A DNA stretch of 64,000 nucleotides, taken from positions 272,180,001 through 272,244,000 of the forward strand of contig OZ024741.1 in NCBI GenBank assembly GCA_964016885.1, written 5' to 3'. The stretch's first letter is position 1. The number at the start of each line of letters is the position of its first letter. This stretch comes from Eledone cirrhosa (taxonomy: Eukaryota). Shown one piece after another: positions 27,392 through 40,385 of this stretch. Made by a program: the position numbers and the translations under genes. The notes under the pieces are model-generated. The model worked only from the letters and a program-made list of their open reading frames with translations, searched no databases and was not told the origin of the DNA.

Positions 27392-28240
27392 TCATCATCG
27401 TTTAACGTCCATGTTCCACACTTGCATGGGTTTGGACGGGAGTTTTCCCACTTGCGGCAAGAGTGGTTGTCTTGCTCGCATAGGGCTGTCTGGCGGGTTT
27501 TCTACAGCTGGATGCCCTTCCTAACACCAACTACATTTACAGTGTGGGAGTGGGAGGTTTTTACCGTGTTGCCTACACGGCCACATTACAGCGTGGACTG
27601 TGTTTTTTTGTCGTGACACCTACACGATCTCATTTGTTTCGGCCTGGATGTTGTGGCACCAACATAACTTTACATTGAAAGGGGCGGTGTGGGGTGGGTG
27701 GGACGGGGGTGTATTTTGTTAGAGATGCCTACTGACTGTAGTAGGTTTTACTTTGTATTTAGGTAAGGCGGGTCTTCTCTATTACTGAGTACCGCCAAAG
27801 ATCTCAGTCCAGTGACATTGTCTTGGAGAGGTGTAAGTGTGTGAGGTCCGAATTTATCAGGTCGTTCCAGGTTTTTCTGGGTCTGCCTACTCCGTGGCTA
27901 CCGTCTATCTTTATTGCCCTGCACTTTTTTATACAGCTGTCGTCTTTCATGCGCATCACGTGACCATACCAACGTAGCCTTCTCTCGAGTAAACAACATC
28001 TGATCCCTCTTATTTCTAATTTTTCCCTTAGTTCGTTTATGCTTTGCCGTTCACATATATTACTATTACACATCCAGCGGAGCATGCAAGCTTCGTTCCT
28101 CTCTAGTCTGCGTATATCCTCTGCACACAATGCCCAGTTCTCACTGCCATGCAACATTGCTGTTCGTATGCAGGCATCATACAACCTGCCTTTCATTTTT
28201 AGGGAGAACCCTTTAGCGGCTAATAGTGGTATAAGCTCTC
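27390..28240 (-). mobile_element. RTE LINE 3' end with UTR and (GAT)n tail
   Basis: ORF 27804-28196; nearly identical to 40670-41530. Confidence 0.92.
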
Positions 28241-28879
28241 TGATATATAATACAAGGACAAATGGTTAAGCCTTCATTACGTTTATTGGTTGGTGATGCG
28301 CTGCTTTCGCTATTGATCAGCTCAAGGTTCGATCTGTATCAATCTAGCCCGACTCTGGAATCAAAAGCTCATAGGACCTCTGTTATTATTAAAAACAGTT
28401 CTGTATGAGCAAGACACTGTCATCTAACCTGACTTGACTCGCAACTTGACAACGCATCTAACCCATGCTAACATGAAAAAATGGATGTTAAACGGTGATA
28501 ATGATAATTTATATATATATATATGTGTGAGTCCTAGGTTCAATCGGGGTAACCACAGTAAGTAAGGTACTCAATACATAAGTAGAGTATAAAACAAATT
28601 TAATATAGAAATGGCTTCTATATACTTTCCTGATGATTTCCTTCGAATGAAACAGTTCTTGTCCTGTAGAAGCCATTTCTATATTAAATTTGTTGTATAT
28701 ATATAGGAAAAGAGTCGGGACCAGCTGTTGAAACGGCCGGAGCTCAGCCGTTGGGGTCCTATTCCGAAATTTTCATATATCCCACTCTACTACCCTAAGT
28801 ACCGAGTACTCTGGTGTGTTATGGTCCACTTGGTTCCTTACCACGCTTTCTTTGTTATACATATATATATATATATATA

Positions 28880-29020
28880 TATTACTGGTACTTTATTTTA
28901 TCGACCCTGTAAGGATGAAAGGCAAAGTTAATCTCGGCGGGATTTGAACTCAGAATGGCAAGAGCCGTAACTCTATGCATCAAAGCATGGCGTCCGACCC
29001 TCTACCAATACTACCAATAG
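28880..29020 (-). mobile_element. SINE family A copy (further copies at 30820-31010-, 31560-31745-, 41735-41905-, 51740-51850-, 55170-55370+, 59835-60045+, 62320-62490+)
   Basis: Shared core and B-box. Confidence 0.85.
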
Positions 29021-30329
29021 CAATGTCTCTGGTTGAGAGTGTATTTGATTATTTATAAAAATGAGAAAACTCATCACTAGAACAGCTGTTAAAAGAATTA
29101 AATGCTGTCAAAGACAGCAATAGCCAAAAATGCCTGAGGACAGAGACCAGCAGCCGACGGTCAACAGAGAAACAATCCACAAGATGGGTGACAGGCAGAT
29201 GATATATAGAAAAGATTGAAAGACGAGAAGTGCGTTGACACTTAAAAGTGACTGGAAGAAGGAAATAAAGACAAGTTTACAATTTGATTGAGAGTACCAT
29301 TTTAAAATGCTGGATCATGCAACAGAAAAATAAATCTTTCTGCTGGTATGATGTGTGTGATAAAACAAACAGATAGAAGGACGAAAGAAAACAAAGAAAA
29401 AGTAATGGGATAGTGGACCTCAAGCTGTGGTGTCTGTCAAGCTAATCATAGCTATGATAAAGTTAAATGAAAATAAAATGCCGTCTCTGTTCGAGATGAA
29501 GCGAGAGTGTATTTGAATACATATAAAAATGAGAAAACTCAACACTAGAACAGCTGTTAAAACAGCATTTAGCTGACCTTTCTTCAGGTATTTATATGAG
29601 TTTATAAGATCTTCAGAAGAGAGGTCAGTAATTTGCTGCCTCTTGTATTCTGAAGTTATGGTCAAATTTGGTCCTTGAAACCTTGGGTAGCACCTTTGTT
29701 CCGTGTATGAAGATAAATAAATCAGGAGATTAAGTCAATGAGAAAACTCGTTTCTATGTCCAATTGATAGTGTATGTATGGACCAGTAACTCCCAAGGTA
29801 GTCGCAAGGGTGCCGTAATTGTTTGAGAGCCTGGCAGAGCCCATCCCTCTCCAGGTCTCAATGTAGCCAATTTCTCCCAAAGAAAGAAAGTGACGGGAAG
29901 TCATAAAGAGATATAGAGGAAGAATCGACCCCAGTACGAAACTGATACTTTTTTCATCGATCACGAAAGGATGAAAAGCAAAGTTGAACTGGGAGAGTAG
30001 AGTGCCAAAACGAATACCAAAAAAAAGATTCTATCCGACGTTCTAACAACTCTACCAATTCACCACCTTCAATCTGAAAATATTTCTGCTCAATAAACAC
30101 ATCGTGCCTGTTGTACAAGTGTGGCCAGTATACCAGAACAGTACAACACTACACAATGGTGGTGAGTAGCGCAACATGGCTATCACATTAGAATGATATA
30201 CTAGATATATGTATGTGTTTGTCTGTTTATTAATTACGTCACATAGCTTAGCAGTTAGGCAGAAAGAGATCAATAAATTAAGTATCAGACTTGAGTTGAT
30301 ATAGTCAACTCACTCTCTTCAAGCAGGTA

Positions 30330-30617
30330 CTCTCAGGTCTCGAATAATCTTCCCCCACCCCCTAAACTATCTCCGGTGAAATTTTAAGTGGTAAGCATTC
30401 CTGCAACAATTAATTTTTTTTATACAATAAAAAACATTATTCATGACAAAAAAGTATATTACATGTAATTCCATACGTTATAAAATATATATTATGTAAA
30501 CTAAACGACTAATTCTGTTTTTTTTTTTAAATCAACAGAGACATCCTGAAAAAAATTACCGATTTTCCAACACCCGTCCCCCGCTTCCCCCCTCCCCCAT
30601 TATTTGGGACCCGATAG
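30330..30617. mobile_element. TA-flanked MITE with imperfect TIRs (Tc1/mariner-like); relatives at 32100-32860, 38700-38790 and 62807-63120
   Basis: TA|ctctcaggtctcgaataat ... attatttgggacccgatag|TA. Confidence 0.65.
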
Positions 30618-31799
30618 TACCCCAACATAACTAATAGCAGGAAAAGATCTTTTTTTCAAATGTTTTTCAAGGGAAACAACTCTTAAAACTGACCAGACAA
30701 CTTTCAAGTTATCTAAATCATCGAAACTGGGATTTCAGTTGATCTTATTGGAACCCATAAGTTCATGCTTACAATATTTCTATTATTTGACGGAATCAAT
30801 AAACAAATAAATATTGATTTCTAATTTAGGCACAAGACCAGCGATGTTGATTAAATCAAGTCCAGTAATCGACTCGTATTTTATTTAATCGACCCCGGAA
30901 GGATGAAAGGCAAAGTTAACCTTGGTAGGATTTGAACTCAGAATGTAAAGAACCAGAACAAATACAACACTGGCATTTTATCCGATGTTCTACCAATTCT
31001 GCCAATCGAATAAACATAACCAGTAATTTACTAAATGAAACGTAACCGTTTTTTACTTCACGTATTTACAAGAAGTAAATGGCTTGTAAGTGTTTGTACG
31101 AATAAAATTATTTTACTTTGAAGTGAGCGCCATAGTATAAAAGGTAACCTCTACTTTCGATCCCAGGTTAAATTAACTCCGTTAATAAATGCGAAGTAAC
31201 GTTACTCGATAGAATGTGTAGTTCGGAGATCAGGGAGTTGCTCCAGGTAGAGCTGTAACTTTTCCGAATTGAGGGAGCACAGCAAGTGGTTAGAATGTCT
31301 CAAGAAAGACTCGTTGGACAGATTTTACCGACATAACCATTTGGCAAGAGACCCAGGGGTAGACCCCAAACAAGATGGTTGGATAACATCATGAGCTTGG
31401 CTGGTCTCGCTTGGGGACCCAGCCGTATCAGTTGGAGAAGGTTACATTTGACAGGACCCCCGCTGGAAGGAGTGTTTAAATGCTCTGTCGCCCGCGATCC
31501 TCTCAAGAAGAAGAGCGTTCTAATGACTCGGTCGAATGTGTAAAAATTACATTAAAAGATAATTGTTTCTACTTTAGGCACAAGGCCAGCAATTACACAG
31601 TACATTACTGGGACTTTATTTTATCGACCCCGTAAGGATGAAAGGCAAAGTTAACCTCGACGGGATTTGAACTCAGACTGTAAAGGGACGTAACTGTGCT
31701 AGAAAGCATGGCGTCCAACCCTCTATCGATACTGCCAATTCCCACAAAAGATAATTAGGTTTGATATATTTTAAATATTGTGTTGATGTTTATTGCCAG

Positions 31800-32004
31800 T
31801 CCTGGCCAACCGTTATCATTTTCACTTGGGGATCCTACTGGATCAGTTGGAGACGGTAATCTTAAAACGAAGGATTATCTAATTCACAGTAATACCTCCA
31901 ATGGCAACTCGGTGCATTCAGCGACAGACCGAAGCTTCATTGCAAGAAAAGCCGAAGATACCGAGCTGTCGAAGTATCGGCCACTATCCTTTGGCGAAGG
32001 CTAA
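31800..32004 (+). CDS. Possible terminal coding exon of gene 1 (PGQPLSFSLGD...RPLSFGEG*)
   Basis: Unique sequence, tttattgccag acceptor, open frame to TAA and Ser-rich composition. The phase link cannot be checked because the upstream donor would lie in the N gap. Confidence 0.35.
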
Positions 32005-32284
32005 ATAATCGTTGGTGGGATGGTCGTCTCTGAAAAGGTGGCTAGCTTTACATGTCCCTGAAATGTTAGCTGGCTACATGTCTCTGAAATGGTGACCACT
32101 TTCGGGTCCCAAATAATAAGGCGGGGGGGGGGGGGTCAATGGAGTTGGATTAAGTGGGTGGGGGGAGAAATCGGTAATTTTTCAAGGTTGTCTCCGTTGA
32201 TTTTTTTAAATACTAGAATCAGTTGTTTAGTTTACATATTGAGACCGCAACCCATCCTGTTTATTTTATAACATTTGGGATTTC

Positions 32285-32700
32285 GGCACTACAACGCCAT
32301 TAGCTGTCAGTCGAAGCAGCCGATGAAACTAAAACATCGTTTATTAAAATATAGGTGGCCTTAAAAGGGCCAAATTAGAAAACAAATTTAAGTTAATTAG
32401 AAAACAAGTCATGGTTATCAAATAAATTGGATTTAATCATTTATATTTTCATATTCATGGTTATCAATGTAGAAAACGAGTCATTTTCACCAACAGTGGA
32501 ATTACTTCTGACAGCTAATACCATGAACTTAAATGAATTTTCACCAACAGTGGAGTTACTTCTGACAGCTAATACCATGAACTAAAAATTTCATTTAAGT
32601 AACTCCACTTACGCGTGGTAGTAATAAGGAAATAAACGATGTTTGACTAATGACGTCACCTTCGCCTGCTTAGACTGACAGCTAATAGCGTTGTAGTGCC
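32285..32700. mobile_element. Merlin-like MITE with ~28-bp TIRs and an 8-bp TSD, nested in the TA-flanked MITE upstream of HDDC3
   Basis: gggatttc|GGCACTACAACGCCATTAGCTGTCAGTC ... GACTGACAGCTAATAGCGTTGTAGTGCC|gggatttc. Confidence 0.8.
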
Positions 32701-32984
32701 GGGATTTCTAATAATGTACTTTTTTTGTCATGTATTATGCTTTTTAATGTTTAAAGAAAAGAAAATTTCATCGTAGATAGATTAACAACATTTAATAAGC
32801 GGTAGGTGGAATGAGAGTGGTGGAAAAAAATCTGAAAAATTAATAAGCGACCTGGAGCCCCGAGAATTGATTTACTTGTCTCTGAAAAGGTAACTAGCTT
32901 TACATGTATCTGAAAAAGTGGCTAGCTTTACATGTATCTGAAAAGGTGACTAGCATTACATGTTTCTGTTGTGTAAATGAAAAC

Positions 32985-33099
32985 ATGGAAGCTACTATGA
33001 TAGCCACAATAATCAAATGTATCAACTTCTCAGCTATTAAACATAAGAAGCAAAAGCGCAAAGACAAAGAAAGGACGCCGTACATAAACCATCCGATAG
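32985..33099 (+). CDS. HDDC3: HDDC3/MESH1 (ppGpp hydrolase / NADPH phosphatase) exon 1
   Basis: MEATMIATIIKCINFSAIKHKKQKRKDKERTPYINHPIG matches the MESH1 motif KH..Q.RKD...TPYINHPIG. Donor at 33100, phase 1. Confidence 0.95.
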
Positions 33100-33572
33100 G
33101 TATTTATTTGAGATTTGTTATTGAAGTTAGTCGACCCGTGCCGTCAATAACATTGAAAGCATTAATTTTTGGATTGCAAAATTGGTCTGACATATATACC
33201 AGGATTACCTGATGTATGAACAATCATTAAACAGGAAGATATATATATATAAGTATACAAACATACATGGCGTATTAAGGAAACGGTAGAGCGTTGGGTC
33301 TGATAAACTTTCACAGAACGACGAACAAAGATGTTTGGCTTGGTTAAATTATCTTTCCTAATTGTTTTGGAATCAAATTTTTGTTATCGATAGAATAAGT
33401 ACGAGATGGATTTAATCGACTATTCCCTCCTAAAATATATAATTTTGTATCTAATATAGAAATCCCCATTTCTTCTCGCTGGTAATCTGCCGACAAGCTG
33501 AGATTCGAATCTATAAACCTTTCATTTATGTCGCTGGTGTTCTAACGAAAATCATATACATTAAAATATTCC

Positions 33573-33736
33573 ATATTGTTATACTTTGGGAGGGTCATGT
33601 TGCCAATAAGAAACACACGCACCATTTGCTTTCACTCCAATTTATTATAAATTAAATTTATAATAAATTGGAGTGAAAGCAACTGGTGCGTGTGTTTCTT
33701 ATTGGCAAACATGACCCTTCCAAAGTATAACAATAT
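33573..33736. repeat. Near-perfect ~164-bp palindrome (fold-back element) in HDDC3 intron 1
   Basis: atattgttatactttgggagggtcatg...|...catgacccttccaaagtataacaatat. Related sequence at 42950-43005 and 51950-52025. Confidence 0.9.
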
Positions 33737-34569
33737 CGATTTCAACACACGTTTTCAGATAAAGAATCTTGCTAAACAAATTCAGAAACGAAATATTCCA
33801 TATTGGTTTCCCTTAAAATTACCACTCCTTCGTAGCTAGAAATAAGTATTTAGTTTTGTTTTCGTGTTTTCCCTTAAAACTACTCTTCTTTTCCCACTCA
33901 TTTCTGAGAAGGTTGTTTTTTTTACTGATCAACATGATCCCAGACCTCATTCACTATTGGTGTTTTCATTGCTGATATTATCTACCAGCCGCAACACCTC
34001 ATAGTAAAATATGAGGAAAGTAATCAAAATTACCTATGGTCGTGAATCTTGGATAATGACTGAAAGAATACAATTGTGAATACTAGTGGGCAAAATGGGG
34101 TTCCTCCAAAGGATCTTTGGCGTAATGTTATTTGATAGAGTGCATAGCTCGAAGTTCAGAGTCACTACAGGCAGAGCCGCTATTTCTCTGAATTGATAGA
34201 TCACAGCTCCAATACTATGTACATGGAGATAGAATGTCTCAGGAAAGAATCGTTCGGCAGATTTTACAGGTAAAACCAATTGGCAGGAAACCTAGAGGTA
34301 GACCCCGAGCAAGATGGTTGGATAATTTCCATCAGCTCGGATGGTCACACTTGGGGATCGAGCTGGATCAGTTGAAAATGATTGCTGACAGGACCTGCTG
34401 GAGGGAGTGTTTGAGGACTCTGCCACCACGACCCTCTTAGGATTAAGTGGGTGAAGAAGAAATTAAATACTCTGAGCCAGGCACCACCACCCATAATGCG
34501 GAGAAAAGAAAAATAACTAAATACTAGGATTTGACCAACCACACCCTGCTATCGTTTTGTGCCGATCTC

Positions 34570-34810
34570 TAATGTGGCCAGATAGATACACTCCCCCTCT
34601 CTCATATCTCTAGTGTGGCCAGATAGATACACACCCCCTCTCTCATATCTCTAGTGTCACCTGATAGACACACTCCCTCTCTCTCATATCTAGTGCCACC
34701 AGATAGACACACTTTTTCTCATATATGTAGTGTGATTAGATAGACACACACTCTCTTCCTCTCTCTCATATCTATAGTGTGACTAGATAGATAATCTCTC
34801 CTCTCTTTCT
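34570..34810. repeat. About 40-bp tandem repeat (agatagatacactccccctctctcatatctctagtgtggcc)
   Basis: Five to six degenerate units. Confidence 0.8.
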
Positions 34811-34845
34811 GTGTTACAGTACTTTTATAGATATATATATATCCT

Positions 34846-35549
34846 ATGACTGTCAGTCTTGGGTTTCCATTGAAGGTCACCCTCAACACTCGCAGGGAGA
34901 TAGGCATTATTTCCCTCACCAACAGATTGGTTTTTGTACTGAACACAAAACCCACTCCTCCTACTGCAGCATTTGTTGTGTTCTTCACTGCCGATGTAGT
35001 GATGAGCTGGCTCTTCTTCCCGATCATCACACTCTTCACGGGCTCATCGTGTAGGATCCTGTGTTCTTGGATCGCAAGTATCTGTATACCACTCTCCTCG
35101 AACAGATGTCCCAACTCCTCTCTCTTCTCCAGCGTCCGAATAGTCCTCACATTCAAAGTGCCCATTTTGATGGCTCTTCTGTAGGACAAAACTGCATTCT
35201 TTATATTTGTCTCAGAGACAGCTGATCCATCATCCACTGGCCCTCTCTGTGGCTCTAAGCCAGCAGAGTCATAACGACCAGGCTGCTCCTTGACAGTGTA
35301 ATTAGGGACTCTAACCTTAGTGCTGTTAGATCGACTCTCCATATTTCTTTTCAATGGCTGACAATACCTTACCGGCGCCACTTGAATAAGGTAGTTATTT
35401 AACCCATAAATGGAGCCCTAACAGGTACTACCACCCCGGGCCAGGGAAGACCTGGGAGTTATGACAACTAAGGGGTAACTCCACATTCCCCACATCTCCT
35501 GAACTCCCAAACTGGAGCCTTGCCACTGGATGTAGTTTAATGTCATACC
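34846..35549 (-). mobile_element. Inverted 5' segment (5' UTR plus N-half of the AP endonuclease) of the RTE element at 35550-38153
   Basis: Minus-strand ORF with MGTLNVRT...AIQEHR...GGVGF...NPRLTVI. Confidence 0.9.
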
Positions 35550-38153
35550 CAGTCATCTCAGCCTATAGTCCAACCGAGGGGGACAGTGATGTGAGTGCGG
35601 AAGAGTTCCATGAGGAGCTGTGTAGAGCTGTCAACACTACTCAGGCACACAATATCCTGCTTGTTTTGGGGGACTTCAATGCACATCTGAGTAAGGAGGG
35701 CAGTGAAGATCCTTGCTGGTACTTCCATAACAACACCAACCGAAATGGAAGACTACTGAGAGACACCCTGCTGGAGGCGAACTTGATGGCGACTAACCTA
35801 GGGTTTAGGAAGAATCTGGAGAAGATGTGGACCTACATCTCAGATATGCACCTGTCCAAGTCCCAGATTGATTTCATTCTGGTGAGGAAAAAGTGGCGGT
35901 ATAGTGTTCTGAACACGGAACCATACAGCTATTTCAGTACACTGGATAGTGACCACCGGCTTGTTATGAGTGAGGTCCGCGTGAGCTTAAGAAAGAGCAA
36001 GGCTCAGCCCCAGAGAACAATCTATGACTGGGGAGCTTTCAAGGAAGATGATAGGCTACAGGAGAGGTTCACAGTGGAAGTGAGAAACAGGTTTAGTGCT
36101 CTGTGTGGAGAGTCAGAGGAGAGAGAGATTGGATGGACCGAGGAGAGTGTGATGAGGAGGTACGGGCACTTCACCAATGCAGTGGCGGAAGCAAGTGAAA
36201 CCCTGGTGCCGAGGAGAAAGAACAAAGGGAAGCATGTCAGCTCTGCAAACCCAAAAGTGTGTGCAGCCAGAGAACACCTGAAAGCTGCCAGGGACCAATT
36301 CTATGCTGATCCTACGGAGGAGAGGATGGAGACTGTGGAGGTGATGAGGGAAGAGCTCTGTACCGCTTACACTGAGGTCAGAGAGGAAGCACTGATAGAG
36401 AAGATCAGAAGTGTGGAGAGAACGGTTGACAGATCTGGATGTAAGGAGAGCTGGATGATCATCAACGAGATCACAAAGAGGAAGAGAAGGTGTTCGAGTC
36501 AGATCCAGGGAACGGGGCCCGAGGATAGGAAGAGGAAATGGCTAGACCATTTTAGGACCCTACTAGGAGAGCCACCCTCCACAGCCCAGAGCACTGGGGA
36601 GATCAGGCGGCTGTTTGAGGAACTGGATGTTGAGACAGAGCCCTTCACCAGAGAGGAACTTCAGAGAGCCAAGAAGAGGATCAAGGAGGGCAAGGCTCAT
36701 GGAGAAGATGGAGTGGCATCAGAGGTGATGAAGAGGTGTGATTTTGATGATATCATCCTGGGGTTCTGTAACGGGGCACTGGAGAAAGGAGTTGCCCCGA
36801 ATCAGTGGAGGATCAGTAACATCGTCCCAGTGCCAAAGAAGGGAGATCTCTCTAACACCAACAACTACCGGGGGATCTCACTGACGTCACTTGTGGCAAA
36901 GACCCTCAACAGGATGATTCTTAACAGGATCCAGCCTGAGATGGAGAAGAAGCTCAGGGACAACCAGAACGGCTTCAGAGAGGGTAGATCAACCACCAGT
37001 CACATCCTGATGCTGAGGAGGATATTAGAGGGAGCTAGAGCAAAGTGCCTTCCTGCGGTCATGGTTTTCATTGACTTTAGGAAGGCCTTTGATTCTGTGG
37101 ACCGTTACTGCCTGATGAAGATCTTACAGGCTTATGGAATCCCCAAGAAGATAGTGGACCTGATATCACTGCTCTACACCAACACCAAAGCCCAAGTCAT
37201 TACACCTGATGGGATGACAGAGTTCTTTGAGATACTGGCTGGAATGCTCCAGGGAGATACATTGGCTCCCTACCTTTTTATCATCGTAGTGGACTATTCT
37301 ATGCGCCTTGCACTGGAGAAATACCAGGACTCTGGCTTTACTGTAGCACCGGCTCAGAGCAGGAGAGTTAGGGCGAAAAAGGTATCGGATGCTGAATTTG
37401 CCGACGACATAGTTTTGGTGACAAATACAGTGAAGGAGGCAGAGGATTTGATGCGGGAGGTTGAGACTGTCGATGAGTGTGGGGCTGAGAATGAATGAGA
37501 CTAAAACAAAATATCTGGTAGAGAATGTTGAGAAGCCAGAGGGGATCACTAATGTAGGCGGGAAGCCACTGGAATTGGTTGAGGACTTCTTGTATTTGGG
37601 AGCAAAGATTGGGAATACGGAAGATGATGTGGTTGAGAGGAAGAGCAAGGCCTGGGCGGCGTGCCACAGCTTGAGATCGGTGTGGAAGTCGGACCTTCGT
37701 AGAGACCTGAAAATCCGCCTCTTCATTGCTGTAGTGGAGTCTGTGCTGCTGTATGGGTCTGAGACTTGGACACTGACCAAGAAACTCACTCAGATGGTGG
37801 ATGGGTGCTACACGAGAATACTGAGGATGGCTCTGAACATTAATCAGTATACACTGAGGATGAAAAACTCAGAGCTGTATGGGAGCATCCCAAAAGTCAG
37901 CTCAAAAGTGACACAGAGGAGACTGAGGTTAGCTGGACATGCTCACCGACATCCAGAGTTGACATTGCACTCAGTACTCCTTTGGGAGCCCCTACATGGA
38001 CACACTAGAAGAGGAAGACCAAGGTTAACGTATGTTAATGCCCTAAGGTCAGACACTGCTCTGTTGGAGACGCAGGACATGGCAGCGATAATGAGGGACA
38101 GAGACTGCTGGAGAGAACTCGTCCATGGATCTCGGGAATTTTACCCGCCTTAG
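35550..38153 (+). mobile_element. Near-complete single-ORF RTE-clade LINE (APE C-half, RT, C-terminus) with one frameshift near 37470
   Basis: VISAYSP, LGDFNA, QIDFIL, SDHRLV, NYRGISL, QNGFR, FIDFRKAFDSV, QGDTLAP, FADD, FLYLG, YGSETW, GRPRLTY. Confidence 0.96.
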
Positions 38154-38984
38154 ATATATCCGATAGATAGCCTGACACATTTTCAAACATGAGTTACAGT
38201 TCTTGATGCTTGTTAACCTTTATCCCTCTTATAGATAGCATATGGCCCCACATACCTTTTCTAAAAGTGCATTGAATAACTTTGATCACCATTGAATAGC
38301 TTTGATCATTTAAGATTATAGAAGTATTTAGTAAGCAAAATCTCTCTTGTGGAAGGGGATTTAAAATTTGAAAAGAAAAAGCAAGGATGATAACTCCAAT
38401 AAAAATGGTTGATGAAAATATTTGGACAGCATAGGGTAGAGATGAGGAACCTACAGCCTTCTATGCAATTCTGTGCAGCTATTTGAAAGAATAAAAAATT
38501 TCCAACATATTTAAAATTTCTATTAATGTTCTTGTCTCTTAATTCAAACCATTAGATGAATGTATTTTAAATACCAAAGAGTAAAAGAAAATTCAAAGAA
38601 ATAATTCACATTGACAGACAGCTTGAATTAAAAAATTAGTAGATCCATTTCAGTACTTTCTACTCTCATGTTTTAGTTCTAATGTGATTCTAGAATGTAC
38701 TCTCAGGTCTTTGAATAATGGTCTCCATCCGCTTATTAATTTTTCAGATCCCCACCGCCCAATCTATCTCTGGCAAAATTTTATTGTAAGTGATTCATAT
38801 TGATACAGCAGCTGGAGAACCTTTCGAGGTTGATGAAAAAAAGTACCAGTCCAATACTGGGGTCAATTCTTCCTCTATATCTCTTTCTCATTTCCTCTCT
38901 CTATACTTCTCTGGAAGAAATCTGCTGTATTCAGCCCTGGAGAAGGATGGACTCTGCCAGGCTTAAAATGCCCAAGAATTGATT

Positions 38985-40385
38985 CCATCAGACCATAACA
39001 CATACCATACCACACCGTACCATACCACCACACCATACCATACCACACCATACCACACCACACCACACCATACCACATCATACCACCATTCAACTATACC
39101 ATACAATATAGCACCATACCACCACATCATACCATACCACCACACTATACCATACCATTACACCGCACCACCATACCACCACACCATAACATGCCACCAC
39201 ACCAGTACACCAAACCACCATACCATACCATACCATACACCCACACCATACCATACCATTATACACCAAAGTACTAATCTTGTTCTTTGTTTCTCAGGTG
39301 TGTCCTACATACTGACTAACGAAGCAGGTGTGACAGACCCATTGGTAATCCAGGTAATCACTTGCTTTATTTGTTAATATTAATATATACAAGGATGGTG
39401 GGTTGCCACTACCACCACCATCACTACCACCATTACCACTACTACTACCATCACTACCACCACCACCACCACTACAACCACCACTACTACCACCACCACC
39501 ACCATTACTACAACCACCATCACTACCACCACGACCAACACCATCACTACCATCACCACCATTACTACCACAATCACTACCACCACCACCATCACTACCA
39601 CCACCATCAGTACCATCACTACCACTACCACCACCACTACCATCATCACTACCACCACCATCACTACCACCACCACCATCACTACCACCACCACCATCAC
39701 GAACACCACTACCACCACCAGCACTAACACCACCACCAGCACTACCATCACTACCACCACCATCACTAACACTACCACCATCACTACCACCACCACTATC
39801 ACTACCACCACCACCATCACTAATACCACCAGCACTACCACCACCGCCATCACCATCACTACTGCTACCATCACCGCCACCATCACTACCACCACCACCA
39901 CTACCACTACCATCATCACTACCACCGCCATCACTAACACCACCACTACCACCACCACTATCACTACCACCATCACCACCACTAACACCACCACCATCAC
40001 CATCACTACCACCACCAGCACCACCATCACTACCACCACCGCCATCACCATCATCACCACTACCACCATTACCATCACTACCACCACCACTAAGACCACT
40101 ACCACCACCACCATCACTCCCACCACCACTAATACCACTACCACCACCAGCACCAGCACTACCACCACCAGCACTACCACCACCACCACCACCACTACCA
40201 TTACTACTACCACCATCACTCACTACCACCACCACCACCACCACTATTACTAATACCAACATTGCCGTCACTACCACCACTACCACCACCACCACTACCA
40301 CTACCACCACCACCACTACCACTACAACCACTACCACTACCACCACCACCACCACTACCACTACCACTACCACCACCACCACCTC
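38985..40385. repeat. (CCATA/CCACA)n tract and a long (CCA/CTA)n tract flanking HDDC3 exon 2
   Basis: Low-complexity tracts at 38985-39265 and 39405-40385. Confidence 0.95.
39298..39353 (+). CDS. HDDC3: HDDC3/MESH1 exon 2
   Basis: ttctcag acceptor, encodes (G)VSYILTNEAGVTDPLVIQ, donor gtaatc at 39354. Confidence 0.95.

Noticed and set aside
29030-29700. Possible minus-strand exon(s) and a 60-bp duplication at about 29035 and 29504
   Set aside because: No recognisable protein motif or consistent splice phases; probably decayed repeat sequence.
35382-35549. Self-cleaving (HDV-like) ribozyme in the RTE 5' UTR
   Set aside because: Such ribozymes are known in some RTE elements, but I could not fold a convincing nested double pseudoknot by eye. 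An Infernal or RNArobo search is needed.
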